The notes under the pieces were generated by a model. That model worked only from the letters and a program-made list of their open reading frames with translations. It made no database searches and was not told where the DNA came from. A stretch of DNA of 64,000 nt from Trueperaceae bacterium (GTDB taxonomy: Bacteria > Deinococcota > Deinococci > Deinococcales > Trueperaceae), in NCBI GenBank assembly GCA_034521815.1, contig JAXHLW010000013.1, positions 1,504,001-1,568,000 on the forward strand. Direction: 5' to 3'. Below, piece after piece: positions 28,415 to 37,585 of this stretch. Both the position numbers and the translations under genes were made by a program. How positions within the stretch are numbered: the stretch's first letter is position 1; the number at the start of each line of letters is the position of its first letter.

Positions 28415-28572
28415 GAAGCGGGCCGCAGCTCGAGTGCCGCACGCCCGACGTGCGAGCTCGTACCGCGCGGTGGGCGAATCCGTGCCTGACATGAGGTTCT
28501 CCAAGGGGTAGCCGTTCATGGGCGATCGGTGAAGACCGACCGCGAACGTGGACCACCCCGGAACGGAGCACC

Positions 28573-29497
28573 ATGACACGACCCAGTAACCCACCCAACA
28601 GGACACCCACCGAGCCGCCCGTCCGGACACCCATCGTCTACGACGACGATCAGCTGCCACGGGGCCGGTCCTCGTGGGGTGCGATCATCGCCGGCGTCGT
28701 CGCAGCCTTCGCCGTGATGCTGGTTCTCGAAGTCCTCATGATCTGGTTGGGCCTGTCGGCCATCGATCCGACCCGTGAATCGAACCCGTTCGCCGGCCTT
28801 GGAACCAGCGCGGCGATCAGCTACCTCGTGATCTTGGCGGTCGCTCTGTTCGTCGGCGGTCTGGTCACCGGTCGGCTGGCCAACCGCGTCAACGGATCCG
28901 ACGTCTTCTGGCACGGCTTCCTCACCTGGGCCGTGTTCACGCTCGGCAGCCTCTGGTTCGCGTTCACCGCGGCGGGCGTGCTGGTCAGCGGCACCCTGGG
29001 TGTCGTCGGGAACGCGGTCGGCGCCGTAGGCGGTGGCATTGCCGCGGTCGCGCCCGACCTCGCCGAGACCCAGGCGATGGTCGAGGACCAGCTGGCGCTC
29101 TCCGACGACGTCCTCGACGAGGTCGAACCGCTCTGGACCGATCCGGACGCGCAACAGGAGTTCACCGACCTGATCACCCAGATCTTCGGCGACGGGAACG
29201 CGACGATCGACGGCGCGGACCGCCAGGACATGATCGAACTTCCTGGCCGAGAACTCCGAGCTCACCGAGACCGCAATCGAGTCACGCGTCGACAGCTGGA
29301 TCCAGCGCTTCGAGGAGGCGCAGGCGAGGCTGGCCGAGCTCGAGGAAGACCTTCGCATCGCCGGCGAACAGGCGGCGGAAGCCCTGGCGAACGCGGCGAT
29401 GTGGGCGTTCTTCAGCCTGATCGTGGGTGTGCTGATCACCTGGCTCGGAGCTAGGACGGGCGCCCCCAGCTCGCGAGCCGCGACGACGCGAGCCTAG
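28573..29497 (+). CDS. Membrane protein (SWGAIIAG family), frameshift near 29240
   Basis: 'SSWGAIIAG', 'HGFLTWAV'; shifted frame continues 'LAENSELTETAI...AAMWAFFSLIVG...*'. Confidence 0.75.
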
Positions 29498-29685
29498 GGC
29501 CCAAGGCTTCGCAGCTACGGCGTGGGCGGTCGGGGCGCGATGGAGATCGTCGCCTTGCCCTCGAGCACCGCCCGACCGGTCCCGCCCGATGACGCACGAG
29601 CCCCGAACGCCGGATCTGACCCTAGATTCCTCGCCGGGGCTCACGCGTTCCGGTCATGTCCGCGGCGGACCGAACAAGCACGCCG

Positions 29686-29731
29686 TTGACGAGCGGTAAC
29701 GCACGGCCTATTCTTTAGGAACGTTACCGAA
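29686..29731 (+). promoter_or_regulatory. Promoter TTGACG-17-TATTCT with operator-like CGGTAACG / GGAACGTTACCG sites
   Basis: -35 at 29686, -10 at 29709, inverted CGGTAACG (29694) and CGTTACCG (29722). Confidence 0.7.
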
Positions 29732-29749
29732 TGATTCGGGAAGGACGCC

Positions 29750-30829
29750 ATGCGCGCCCCGCGCAGCCACTACCCCGGACGGCCGTCCAAGATCCGCGCC
29801 TACAACCGCTGGCGCGTCATGAAGGCCGTGCGGGACCGGGGCGCCCTCACACGCGCGGACCTCGCCCGACTTCTGCACGTCAGCAAGGTCACGGCGTCGG
29901 CAGTCGCCGCCGGGCTGATCGAGAACGGACAGCTGATCGAGGCCGAGAGGGCCGGGTCGGGCGTCGGCCGCAAGCCGGGCGTGTTGCGGCTGAGCCCCAC
30001 GCTGGGCAGGGTCCTCGCCTTCGACATCGACGCTCACGAGGTGCGCGCCACGATGTCCGACCTGCGCGGCGAGGCCCTGCAGGGAAGCGCCACGCCGCCC
30101 TCGGCGTTCGCGACGGCCGACGATCTCGAGGGACTGCTGGGGGACCTCACGCGCACCATCCGCGAGGCGGCGGACCGCGACGACGCTCCCCTCCGCCATG
30201 TCTCGATCGCCGTTCCCGCCAGCGTCGACCGCGACGGGCGACTTACGAACGCGGGCGTGCCCCGCTACCTGGAGGGAAGCCGCTTCGGAGCCGCGCTGCG
30301 CGAGCGCCGACCCGACGTGCCCGTGCTGTTGGTGAACGACATGAACGCCGCCGCCCTCGCCGAAAGGCGACACGGCGCCGCGAACGACTGGAACGACTTC
30401 GCCCACCTCGGGATCCGCCACAGCGGCATCGGCATGGGGCTGATGCTCGACGGAACCGTGCACCGGGGTCGCGCCGGACAGGCCGGCGAGATCGGCCTGC
30501 TCCGTTTGGACCGCCGCTTCGAGAACCTCGACGCGGTGTTCGCCAACGATGGAAAGGAGGCATTGCACGAGCTGACGACCGTCCTGGCCACCACGTTCAC
30601 GTTGCTCGACCTCGAAGGGTTCGTCCTGCACGCCGACGTCCCGCGGGGCAGGACGTGGCTGGCAGAGCTCGAGGAACGACTGTGCGAGGTGGCGCCTTAC
30701 GAGGTCCCGCTCCGCTCCAGCCGGCTCGGGCCCTTCGCGCCCCTCCACGGCGGCCTCGCCATGGCCCTGGACGCCGCGTGGGCTTCGATCGAACGAGACG
30801 TGACGGGCGTCGCGCCCGCCGCGCCGTGA
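29750..30829 (+). CDS. ROK family transcriptional regulator
   Basis: wHTH 'TRADLARLLHVSKVT', 'GRKP', 'NDMNAAALAE', 'GIGMG', 'AGEIG'. Confidence 0.92.
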   Translation: MRAPRSHYPGRPSKIRAYNRWRVMKAVRDRGALTRADLARLLHVSKVTASAVAAGLIENGQLIEAERAGSGVGRKPGVLRLSPTLGRVLAFDIDAHEVRATMSDLRGEALQGSATPPSAFATADDLEGLLGDLTRTIREAADRDDAPLRHVSIAVPASVDRDGRLTNAGVPRYLEGSRFGAALRERRPDVPVLLVNDMNAAALAERRHGAANDWNDFAHLGIRHSGIGMGLMLDGTVHRGRAGQAGEIGLLRLDRRFENLDAVFANDGKEALHELTTVLATTFTLLDLEGFVLHADVPRGRTWLAELEERLCEVAPYEVPLRSSRLGPFAPLHGGLAMALDAAWASIERDVTGVAPAAP

Positions 30830-30839
30830 GGAGATCCGC

Positions 30840-32081
30840 ATGAGACATCCGTTCCGACTGTTGGCCTCGATGCTCGCCATGTTCGGCTTCGCCGCTGCGC
30901 AGGACGTCACCCTCGACGCTCTGTTCATGCAGCAGGCCGCCTACTCGAACGACGACATCCGCAACATGACCGCCGAGTTCGAGGCGGATCACCCCGGGGT
31001 CACCGTCGACCTCGAGTTCGTCTCCTACGAGGCGCTTCACAACAAGATCGTCACCGCGGCCGCCGCGGGGACAGGCGGCTACGACGTCGTGCTGTTCGAC
31101 GTGATCTGGCCGGCCGAGTTCGCCGAGTACGACATCCTCGTCGACCTGACCGACCGTATCCCGCAGGAAACGATCGACGCCGTCGTTCCCGGCGCGTGGA
31201 CGACCGTCATGAGCGAGGGTCGCTACTACGGCATGCCGTGGATCCTCGACACCAAATACCTGTTCTTCAACCGGGACATGATGGCCGAAGCCGGCTTCGA
31301 TGCCCCGCCGACCACCTGGCAGGAACTGCTCGATCAGGCCCAGGCCATCAAGGACATGGGCATCGTCGAGTACCCGATCGTCTGGAGCTGGGGCCAGGCC
31401 GAAGCCATGGTGTGCGACTACACCACGCTGCTCTCCGCCTACGGCGGCGACTTCTTCGAAGGGGCCGAGCCGGTATTCCAGCAAGACGGCGGGCTCGAGG
31501 CGTTGCGCTTCATGACCGACTCGCTCGACGCCGGCCTGAGCAACCCCTCCTCGACCGAGTCGCTCGAAGAGGACGTCCGGCGCATCTTCTCCTCCGGAGA
31601 GGCAGCCTTCGCCCTCAACTGGACGTACATGTACAACCTCGCCAACGACCCGGCCGAGTCGCAGGTGGCTGGCCAGGTCGGCGTCGCCCCCGCGCCCGGC
31701 GTCGAAGGTGTGTCGGAGTTGTCGGCCATGAACGGCTCGATGGGCCTCGGCGTGACGACGAGCTCCGAGCATCCGAACCTCGCCTACGAGTACGTCGCGT
31801 ACCTCACCAGCCGCCCCGTTCAGGAGCGCTTCGCTCGCCTGAGCCTGCCGATCTGGGAAGCGTCGTACGACGAGCCCGCCGTGGTCGAGGGCCAGGAGGA
31901 CCTGGTCGCCGCCGCCAAGCAGGCGCTCGGCGCCATGTACCCGCGTCCGCTGATGGTCCAGTACCCCGAGTTCTCGACCGTGTTGCAGGAGCAGCTCCAG
32001 CGCGCGCTCCTCGACCAGGCCAGCCCCGAGGAGGCGCTCCAGGCGACCGCCGAGCAGGTCCGCGAGCGCGACCTGCGTTGA
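30840..32081 (+). CDS. Sugar ABC transporter substrate-binding protein
   Basis: Signal peptide, 'YDVVLFDVIWPAEFA', 'YGMPW', 'PPTTWQEL'. Confidence 0.92.
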   Translation: MRHPFRLLASMLAMFGFAAAQDVTLDALFMQQAAYSNDDIRNMTAEFEADHPGVTVDLEFVSYEALHNKIVTAAAAGTGGYDVVLFDVIWPAEFAEYDILVDLTDRIPQETIDAVVPGAWTTVMSEGRYYGMPWILDTKYLFFNRDMMAEAGFDAPPTTWQELLDQAQAIKDMGIVEYPIVWSWGQAEAMVCDYTTLLSAYGGDFFEGAEPVFQQDGGLEALRFMTDSLDAGLSNPSSTESLEEDVRRIFSSGEAAFALNWTYMYNLANDPAESQVAGQVGVAPAPGVEGVSELSAMNGSMGLGVTTSSEHPNLAYEYVAYLTSRPVQERFARLSLPIWEASYDEPAVVEGQEDLVAAAKQALGAMYPRPLMVQYPEFSTVLQEQLQRALLDQASPEEALQATAEQVRERDLR

Positions 32082-32101
32082 GCTGACGCGGAGGAACGAC
32101 C

Positions 32102-32980
32102 ATGGCCCGCACGAACCGGCTGACGGCATGGCTGCTGCTGCTCCCCGCCCTCGTGATCGTGGGCGGCGTGGTGGGCTATCCGTTCCTCCGCACCCTCTAC
32201 ATCGGTTTCTTCGACGCCCACCTGCTCGGCGGGGTCCGTGGCTGGGTCGGGCTCGACAACTACCGCCAGGCGGTCGCGAGCGACCAGTTCGCGGCCGCCC
32301 TCGTTCACACCCTCCACTTCGCCGTGCTGTCGGTGAGCCTCGAGGTGGTGCTCGGCGTCGCCGTGGCGCTGTTCCTGAACCGGAGCTTCGTCGGCCGGCG
32401 CCTGCTGCGGGCGCTGCTGATCCTGCCCCTGGCCCTGCCGACCATCGTGAACGGCATCATGTGGCGCTGGATCTACAACCCCGAGTACGGAGCGCTGAAC
32501 GCGTTGATGACGCAGTCGGGGATCCTGAACGCCTACCGGAGCTGGCTGGGCGAGCCCGGCCTGGCGATGAACATGATCGTGCTCGCGGACGTCTGGAAGA
32601 ACTTCCCGCTGGTGACCCTGCTGGTGCTGGCGGCGCTGCAGACCGTCCCCGTCGACCTTCACGACGCGGCCCGCGTCGATGGCGCCAACCCCTGGCAGCG
32701 ATTCTGGACCATCACCCTCCCCGGCATCCGGCCCGCTCTGCTGGTGGCGCTGGTGCTGCGCACCGTGGAGGCCCTCAAGGTATTCGACATCATCTACGTC
32801 ATGACCCGCGGGGGCCCGGCGAGCTCGACCAAGACGCTGTCGTTCCTGGTGTACGAACAAGCGTTCAGCTTCCTTCAGGTCGGTCAGGCGGCCGCCTACG
32901 CCTTCCTCACCGTCGCCATCATCATGGTGTTCGTCGCGCTCTACATCCGTCTGATCCGCTCGCAGGGGGTGGGAGGATGA
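32102..32980 (+). CDS. Sugar ABC transporter permease
   Basis: 'VGLDNY', EAA loop 'DAARVDGANPWQRF', 'TRGGP'. Confidence 0.93.
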   Translation: MARTNRLTAWLLLLPALVIVGGVVGYPFLRTLYIGFFDAHLLGGVRGWVGLDNYRQAVASDQFAAALVHTLHFAVLSVSLEVVLGVAVALFLNRSFVGRRLLRALLILPLALPTIVNGIMWRWIYNPEYGALNALMTQSGILNAYRSWLGEPGLAMNMIVLADVWKNFPLVTLLVLAALQTVPVDLHDAARVDGANPWQRFWTITLPGIRPALLVALVLRTVEALKVFDIIYVMTRGGPASSTKTLSFLVYEQAFSFLQVGQAAAYAFLTVAIIMVFVALYIRLIRSQGVGG

Positions 32981-33822
32981 CCACCCGGCACCGCGCGATC
33001 GAGCGCATCCTCACCTACGCCGCCGCGATCCTGCTTGCCGCCTTCCTGCTGGCGCCGTTCGCGTGGCTGGCGATCTCCAGCCTGACGCCGCTGTCCGAGC
33101 TGATCGCCAAGCCGCTGCGCTGGATCTCCCCCGCCATGGACCTCTCCCGCTACCGCACGATCTTCTTCAGCCCGGAGGGTCTTAACTTCCGCTTCGCGTT
33201 GCGCAACAGCACGCTGGTCGCGCTGATCGCCACCTCCATCAGCCTGGTGGCGGGCATGCTGGGCGCGTACGCGCTGTCCCGGTTCCCGAGTCGGCGCCGG
33301 AGCGGCGTGCTCTATCTGATGCTGGCCACCTATATGACGCCACCGGTGGCGGTGCTGCTGCCGCTATACCTGATCCTCGGCCAGGCCGGCCTGCACGACA
33401 CGGTTCTTGGCCTGGCGCTGGTGTACACCTCGTTCCTGACGCCGTTCCTGACGTGGATCCTGAAGGGGTTCTTCGACGCGATCCCGCCGCAGGTCGAGGA
33501 GGCCGCGCTGGTCGACGGCGCTTCGCGCCTCGGGGCGCTGTGGCACGTGACGCTGCCGCTGTCGCTCCCGGGCGTGATCACGGCCGTGCTGTTCGGCGTG
33601 ATCCTCACCTGGGACGAGTTCCTCTACGCCCTGATCTTCACCTCCTCGACCGCGTCGAAGACGCTCCCCGTCGCCATCGCCGAGTTCACCTCCCGCCACG
33701 CGGTCGACTTCGGACTGATGGCGGCCGGCGGTATCCTCGCCGCGCTGCCCCCGGTGCTGCTGGCGTTCGCCCTGCAGCGCTACCTCGTCGCCGGCCTGAC
33801 CGCCGGCGGGATCAAGGGATAG
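32977..33822 (+). CDS. Sugar ABC transporter permease
   Basis: 'EEAALVDGAS', 'WDEFLYA', 'GLTAGGIKG'; ATGA overlap. Confidence 0.93.
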   Translation: MTTRHRAIERILTYAAAILLAAFLLAPFAWLAISSLTPLSELIAKPLRWISPAMDLSRYRTIFFSPEGLNFRFALRNSTLVALIATSISLVAGMLGAYALSRFPSRRRSGVLYLMLATYMTPPVAVLLPLYLILGQAGLHDTVLGLALVYTSFLTPFLTWILKGFFDAIPPQVEEAALVDGASRLGALWHVTLPLSLPGVITAVLFGVILTWDEFLYALIFTSSTASKTLPVAIAEFTSRHAVDFGLMAAGGILAALPPVLLAFALQRYLVAGLTAGGIKG

Positions 33823-33829
33823 GTGCCCC

Positions 33830-34889
33830 GTGGATGCGACGCGCGAGCTGTGGCGCGAAATCCTAGGCCAGCCGGACGCCGTCCAGCGCGTGCTGGACGA
33901 CCCGGACCTCCGGTCCGGCCTCGATGCCCTGGCCGCCGAGGTACGCGCCAGCGGCGAGCTGCTGCTGTCCGGCATGGGCGCCTCGCTGCACGCCGCCGAG
34001 GCGGTCGCCAGCCTGCTGCGCCGCCAGGGCGTCCGCGCCTGGACGCTGCCGACCTCCGAGCTGTTGCATTACGGCGCTTCGTTGCCGGTCGCTCCGCTGC
34101 TGCTGATCTCGCAGTCCGGCGCCTCCGCCGAGATCGTCCGCCTGCTCGAGCGGCGCCCCGAGGGCGTCCACGGCCTGACCCTCGACCCCGACGGTCCGCT
34201 GGCCGCTCACGGCGGCCTGGTGATGCCGGGCGGTCCGGAACGGGCGTTCGCGGCCACCCGCTCGTTCACCAGTACCGTCGCCGCGCTGGCGATGCTCGCA
34301 CGCGAGCTGGGCGTTGCCGTCGACCTAGACGGCATGCCCGCCACGCTGCGCTGGGCGCTCGACCAGGAGGAGCAGGTCGCGCCGCTGGTCGAGGCGTACC
34401 GCGAGCCGAGCGCGCTGTTCTTCACCGGCCGCGGCCCGCTTCACGGCCTGGCGAACTACGCCGCGTTGCTGGTCATGGAGCTGTGCCGACTGCCCGCCGC
34501 CGGGATCGAAGCGGCCCAGCTCCGGCACGGACCGCTGGAGGTCGGCGGGCCGGATATCGTCGTCACCACCTTCGCAGCGGAGGGAGCGACCCGCGACCTG
34601 ATCGACCGCCTGGCCCGTGACGTGGCCGCCACCGGTGCCCGCAGCGTCCTGCTGGACGCGTCGCGGCGCGACGCCAGCGGCGACGCGAGTGGCCACGCGG
34701 CCGGCGATGGTGCGATCGACGACGACGGCCGCGCCCGTACTGCGCTGGCCGCTCCAGCCGCTGCCGGAGGCCGACGCGATCGCACCCCTGGCCATCCCCT
34801 GCCAGCTGGCCGCCTACCGCGTCGCGCAGCTGCGCGGCATCGCCCCCGGCGTGCCGCTGCGCTCGTCGAAGGTCACGCGTGACGAGTGA
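33830..34889 (+). CDS. Double-SIS-domain protein (GlmS C-terminal / FrlB-like), frameshift near 34735
   Basis: 'EILGQP', 'GMGAS', 'ISQSGAS', 'ATRSF', 'RHGPLE'; shifted frame ends 'SKVTRDE*'. Confidence 0.85.
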
Positions 34890-35802
34890 GCCGCTCCACC
34901 TGATCGGCAACGTCAACCTCGACGTGGTGATGGGCCCGCTGGCCAGCTGGCCCCGCATGGGGACCGAGGTCTTCCTGGGCGAAAACGAGGTCCGCGCCGG
35001 CGGCGCGGCCGGCAACGCGGCCTTGGCGCTGCGGGCCCTCGGGACGCCTGTCCGGGTCCACGCCTCGCTGGGACGCGACCTGTTCGGCGACCTGCTCGCA
35101 GGCGAGCTGGGCGCGCTGGCCGTCGGGCTGGACCGCGTTCCCCTGGACACCGCCTACTCGGTCGGCATCACCCACCCGAGCGGCGAGCGCACCTTCCTCA
35201 CCCACCTGGGCCACCTCGAGGCGTTCGACGTCGCGGCCGCGCAGCGGCGCCTGCTCGAGGCGCCGCCGAGCCGCGTTCTACTGTGCGGGTACTTCCTGCT
35301 CCCGCCGCTACGGGCCGCCGCCACCGTCGACCTGCTGCGCGCCGCCCAGGCGCGCGGCCACGTCACGCTGCTCGACACCGGCTGGCCCAGCGACGGGTTC
35401 GGGCCGGAGGTTCGGGGCGAGCTCGCCGAGCTGCTGCCCTGGCTGGACGTCGTCCTCCCGAACGAGCTCGAGGCGACGGCCTGGACCGGGCACGACGACG
35501 TAGACGGGGCGATCGAGGCGTTCGCGAAGCAGGGCGTCCAGGCGGTGGTGAAGCGCGGGCCGGACGGGGCCTCCTGGTGGCAGGACGGCGGGGTGCGGCA
35601 CCGTGCGGCGCCCCGCGTCGACGTCGCCGACACGATCGGCGCCGGCGACGCGTTCAACGCCGCGTTCCTGGCGGCGCGCCAACGCGGTCGGGACACGGGA
35701 GAGGCGGTCGCCGCCGCGATCGACTATGCGAGCCGGGTCGTGGCCACGCGGCCGCGGCGCTACCCGACCGATCTACGCACGTCCCGGCCCGGTTCGACAT
35801 GA
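34879..35802 (+). CDS. PfkB family carbohydrate kinase
   Basis: 'GGAAGNAA', 'PNELE', 'DTIGAGDAFNAAF'. Confidence 0.93.
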   Translation: MTSEPLHLIGNVNLDVVMGPLASWPRMGTEVFLGENEVRAGGAAGNAALALRALGTPVRVHASLGRDLFGDLLAGELGALAVGLDRVPLDTAYSVGITHPSGERTFLTHLGHLEAFDVAAAQRRLLEAPPSRVLLCGYFLLPPLRAAATVDLLRAAQARGHVTLLDTGWPSDGFGPEVRGELAELLPWLDVVLPNELEATAWTGHDDVDGAIEAFAKQGVQAVVKRGPDGASWWQDGGVRHRAAPRVDVADTIGAGDAFNAAFLAARQRGRDTGEAVAAAIDYASRVVATRPRRYPTDLRTSRPGST

Positions 35803-35944
35803 ACCTGCAGGTCGCCTGAGCCGACGGCTGCCGTTCACGCAGTCGCCCGGACGACCGGGCTCGCGATGCAGCGAGGCCGCGCATCGGCCCGCACGTATCG
35901 TCACAGCCGCGCGCAAGAAGCCGCCCGAGTAAGGAGAGGATTCG

Positions 35945-36417
35945 ATGGGCACGTTGGTCGAGCTGGCCCCAGGGTGTGGCGGCTGCCGCGGCTGCTCAAG
36001 GCGCTCGCGGGCCGTCGCGTCACCGCGCACGTCCTGACGCACGCGCATCCCGACCACCAGGGGGCCTCGGCCGCCCTGTGCTCGGCGCGCTCGGTCCCGC
36101 TGCGGTGCGGTGTTCGCGACCTCGAAGCCACCGAGCGTGCGACCTTCGCGGATCGGTTCCACGGGCCTCGCCGGCCGCTGTTCAAGGCGGCGGAGTGGCT
36201 GGGCGGTCCTGGGCATCCTGTCGAAGGCACCCTGCGCGAGGGCGACGCCGTCGCCGACTTCGAGGTGATCGAGACGCCCGGGCACACGCCGGGCCATATC
36301 TCGCTCTGGCGCGAATCCGATCGGGTCATCGTCCTGCGTCCGCGCCTCGTCTGCTTCGGGCACGGACCGCCCCTGGCCGACCGGCGACCGGTTCGCCCGC
36401 TGGGCGCCGCCCTGTAG
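35945..36417 (+). pseudogene. MBL-fold hydrolase paralog of 41842-42513 with two internal deletions and a frameshift
   Basis: Same SD context AGGAGAGGAT(T/C)CGATG; THAHPDH and TPGHTPGH kept; segments 'LLPL...ASES' and 'GDVASH...TIAG' missing. Confidence 0.85.
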
Positions 36418-36494
36418 GTCGACGCCGCCGCTCCGTCCGCAGCCGTCACGCCCCGGCGGCGACCACCCCGCCATGATGGGAGCGGAGGTGCGAC

Positions 36495-37427
36495 GTGGTG
36501 GTACTGCAGACGGTCGTGGGGATCGTGCTCCTCGTCATCGTGGGCGTGCTGGCGTGGAGCGCGATCGAGCCGTACACCATCGATCGTCAGTCCCTCGAGG
36601 TCACGCTTCCGCACCTGCCGGACGCGTGGGACGGCCGCGTCGTCGCGGTGATCGCCGACACGCAGGTAGGCATGCGGCTGGCGAACATCTCGACCATCCG
36701 ACGGATCGTCGCCGAGCTGGTCGAGCGCCGACCAGCGGTCGTGCTGATGGCGGGCGACTTCGTCTACGAGGCCCAGCGCGACCCCGAGGGGATCGCACGC
36801 CGCTCGGCCGAGCTGCTGGCCCCGCTGGTGGAGGCGGGCCTGCCGGTGTACGCCGTGTTGGGAAACCACGACTACGCCATGCCCAGCCGCGACGTCGAAC
36901 CCGACGAGCGCGTGGCCGAAGCGGTGTGGGAAGCCGCCGAGGGCGTCGGCATCCGAATGCTGGAGAACGAGACGCTGCCGCTGACCCTGCCTGAAGACGG
37001 CGAGCCACGGCAGGAGGCCGAGACGCTGTACCTGGCCGCCATCGGGGCGCACGTGCCGGGCCGCGACCGCCCCGTCGAGACGTTGGCGCAACTGCCGGCC
37101 GAGGCCGCCCGCATCGTGATGATGCACCACCCCGACTCGTTCGATGCTTTGTCCGCCTCCACCGCGCCGCTGGCGGTGGCCGGCCACACCCACGGCGGTC
37201 AGTTCCGCATTCCGTTCACGCCGCAGTGGACCTGGATGACCTTCACGGAGGACGACACCGTGCACCCGAGCGGCTGGATCCCCGACTTCGGCGCCGAAGG
37301 CAACCGCCTCTACGTCAATCGCGGTATCGGCTTCAGCGTCCTGCCACTTCGGTTGAACGCCCCGCCGGAGATCACCTACCTGACGCTGCGAAAGCCCGCC
37401 GCGGAAAGCGGCGCCTCTACGCCGTAG
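36495..37427 (+). CDS. Membrane-anchored metallophosphoesterase (YkuE-like)
   Basis: 'IADTQ', 'GDFV', 'GNHD', 'HHPD', 'GHTHGGQ', 'NRGIG'. Confidence 0.9.
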   Translation: MVVLQTVVGIVLLVIVGVLAWSAIEPYTIDRQSLEVTLPHLPDAWDGRVVAVIADTQVGMRLANISTIRRIVAELVERRPAVVLMAGDFVYEAQRDPEGIARRSAELLAPLVEAGLPVYAVLGNHDYAMPSRDVEPDERVAEAVWEAAEGVGIRMLENETLPLTLPEDGEPRQEAETLYLAAIGAHVPGRDRPVETLAQLPAEAARIVMMHHPDSFDALSASTAPLAVAGHTHGGQFRIPFTPQWTWMTFTEDDTVHPSGWIPDFGAEGNRLYVNRGIGFSVLPLRLNAPPEITYLTLRKPAAESGASTP

Positions 37428-37510
37428 GGCAACGACTCGCGAGTGGCAGATACCTGGGCGGCGCGTGACGGGAGCGCCAGGGGCAGAGACGGCCGCTGCT
37501 ATCGTGGATC

Positions 37511-37585
37511 ATGCGTATGACGCAAGGACGGCCCGCCCGCGCGCAGACCCGTCGCCAGGGCGCCGTACGTCGGCTGCGAGCATGA
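37511..37585 (+). CDS. Putative leaderless 24-aa Arg-rich small ORF coupled to the HD-GYP gene
   Basis: TATCGT-N5-[31 protein letters not shown] overlap. Confidence 0.4.
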   Translation: MRMTQGRPARAQTRRQGAVRRLRA

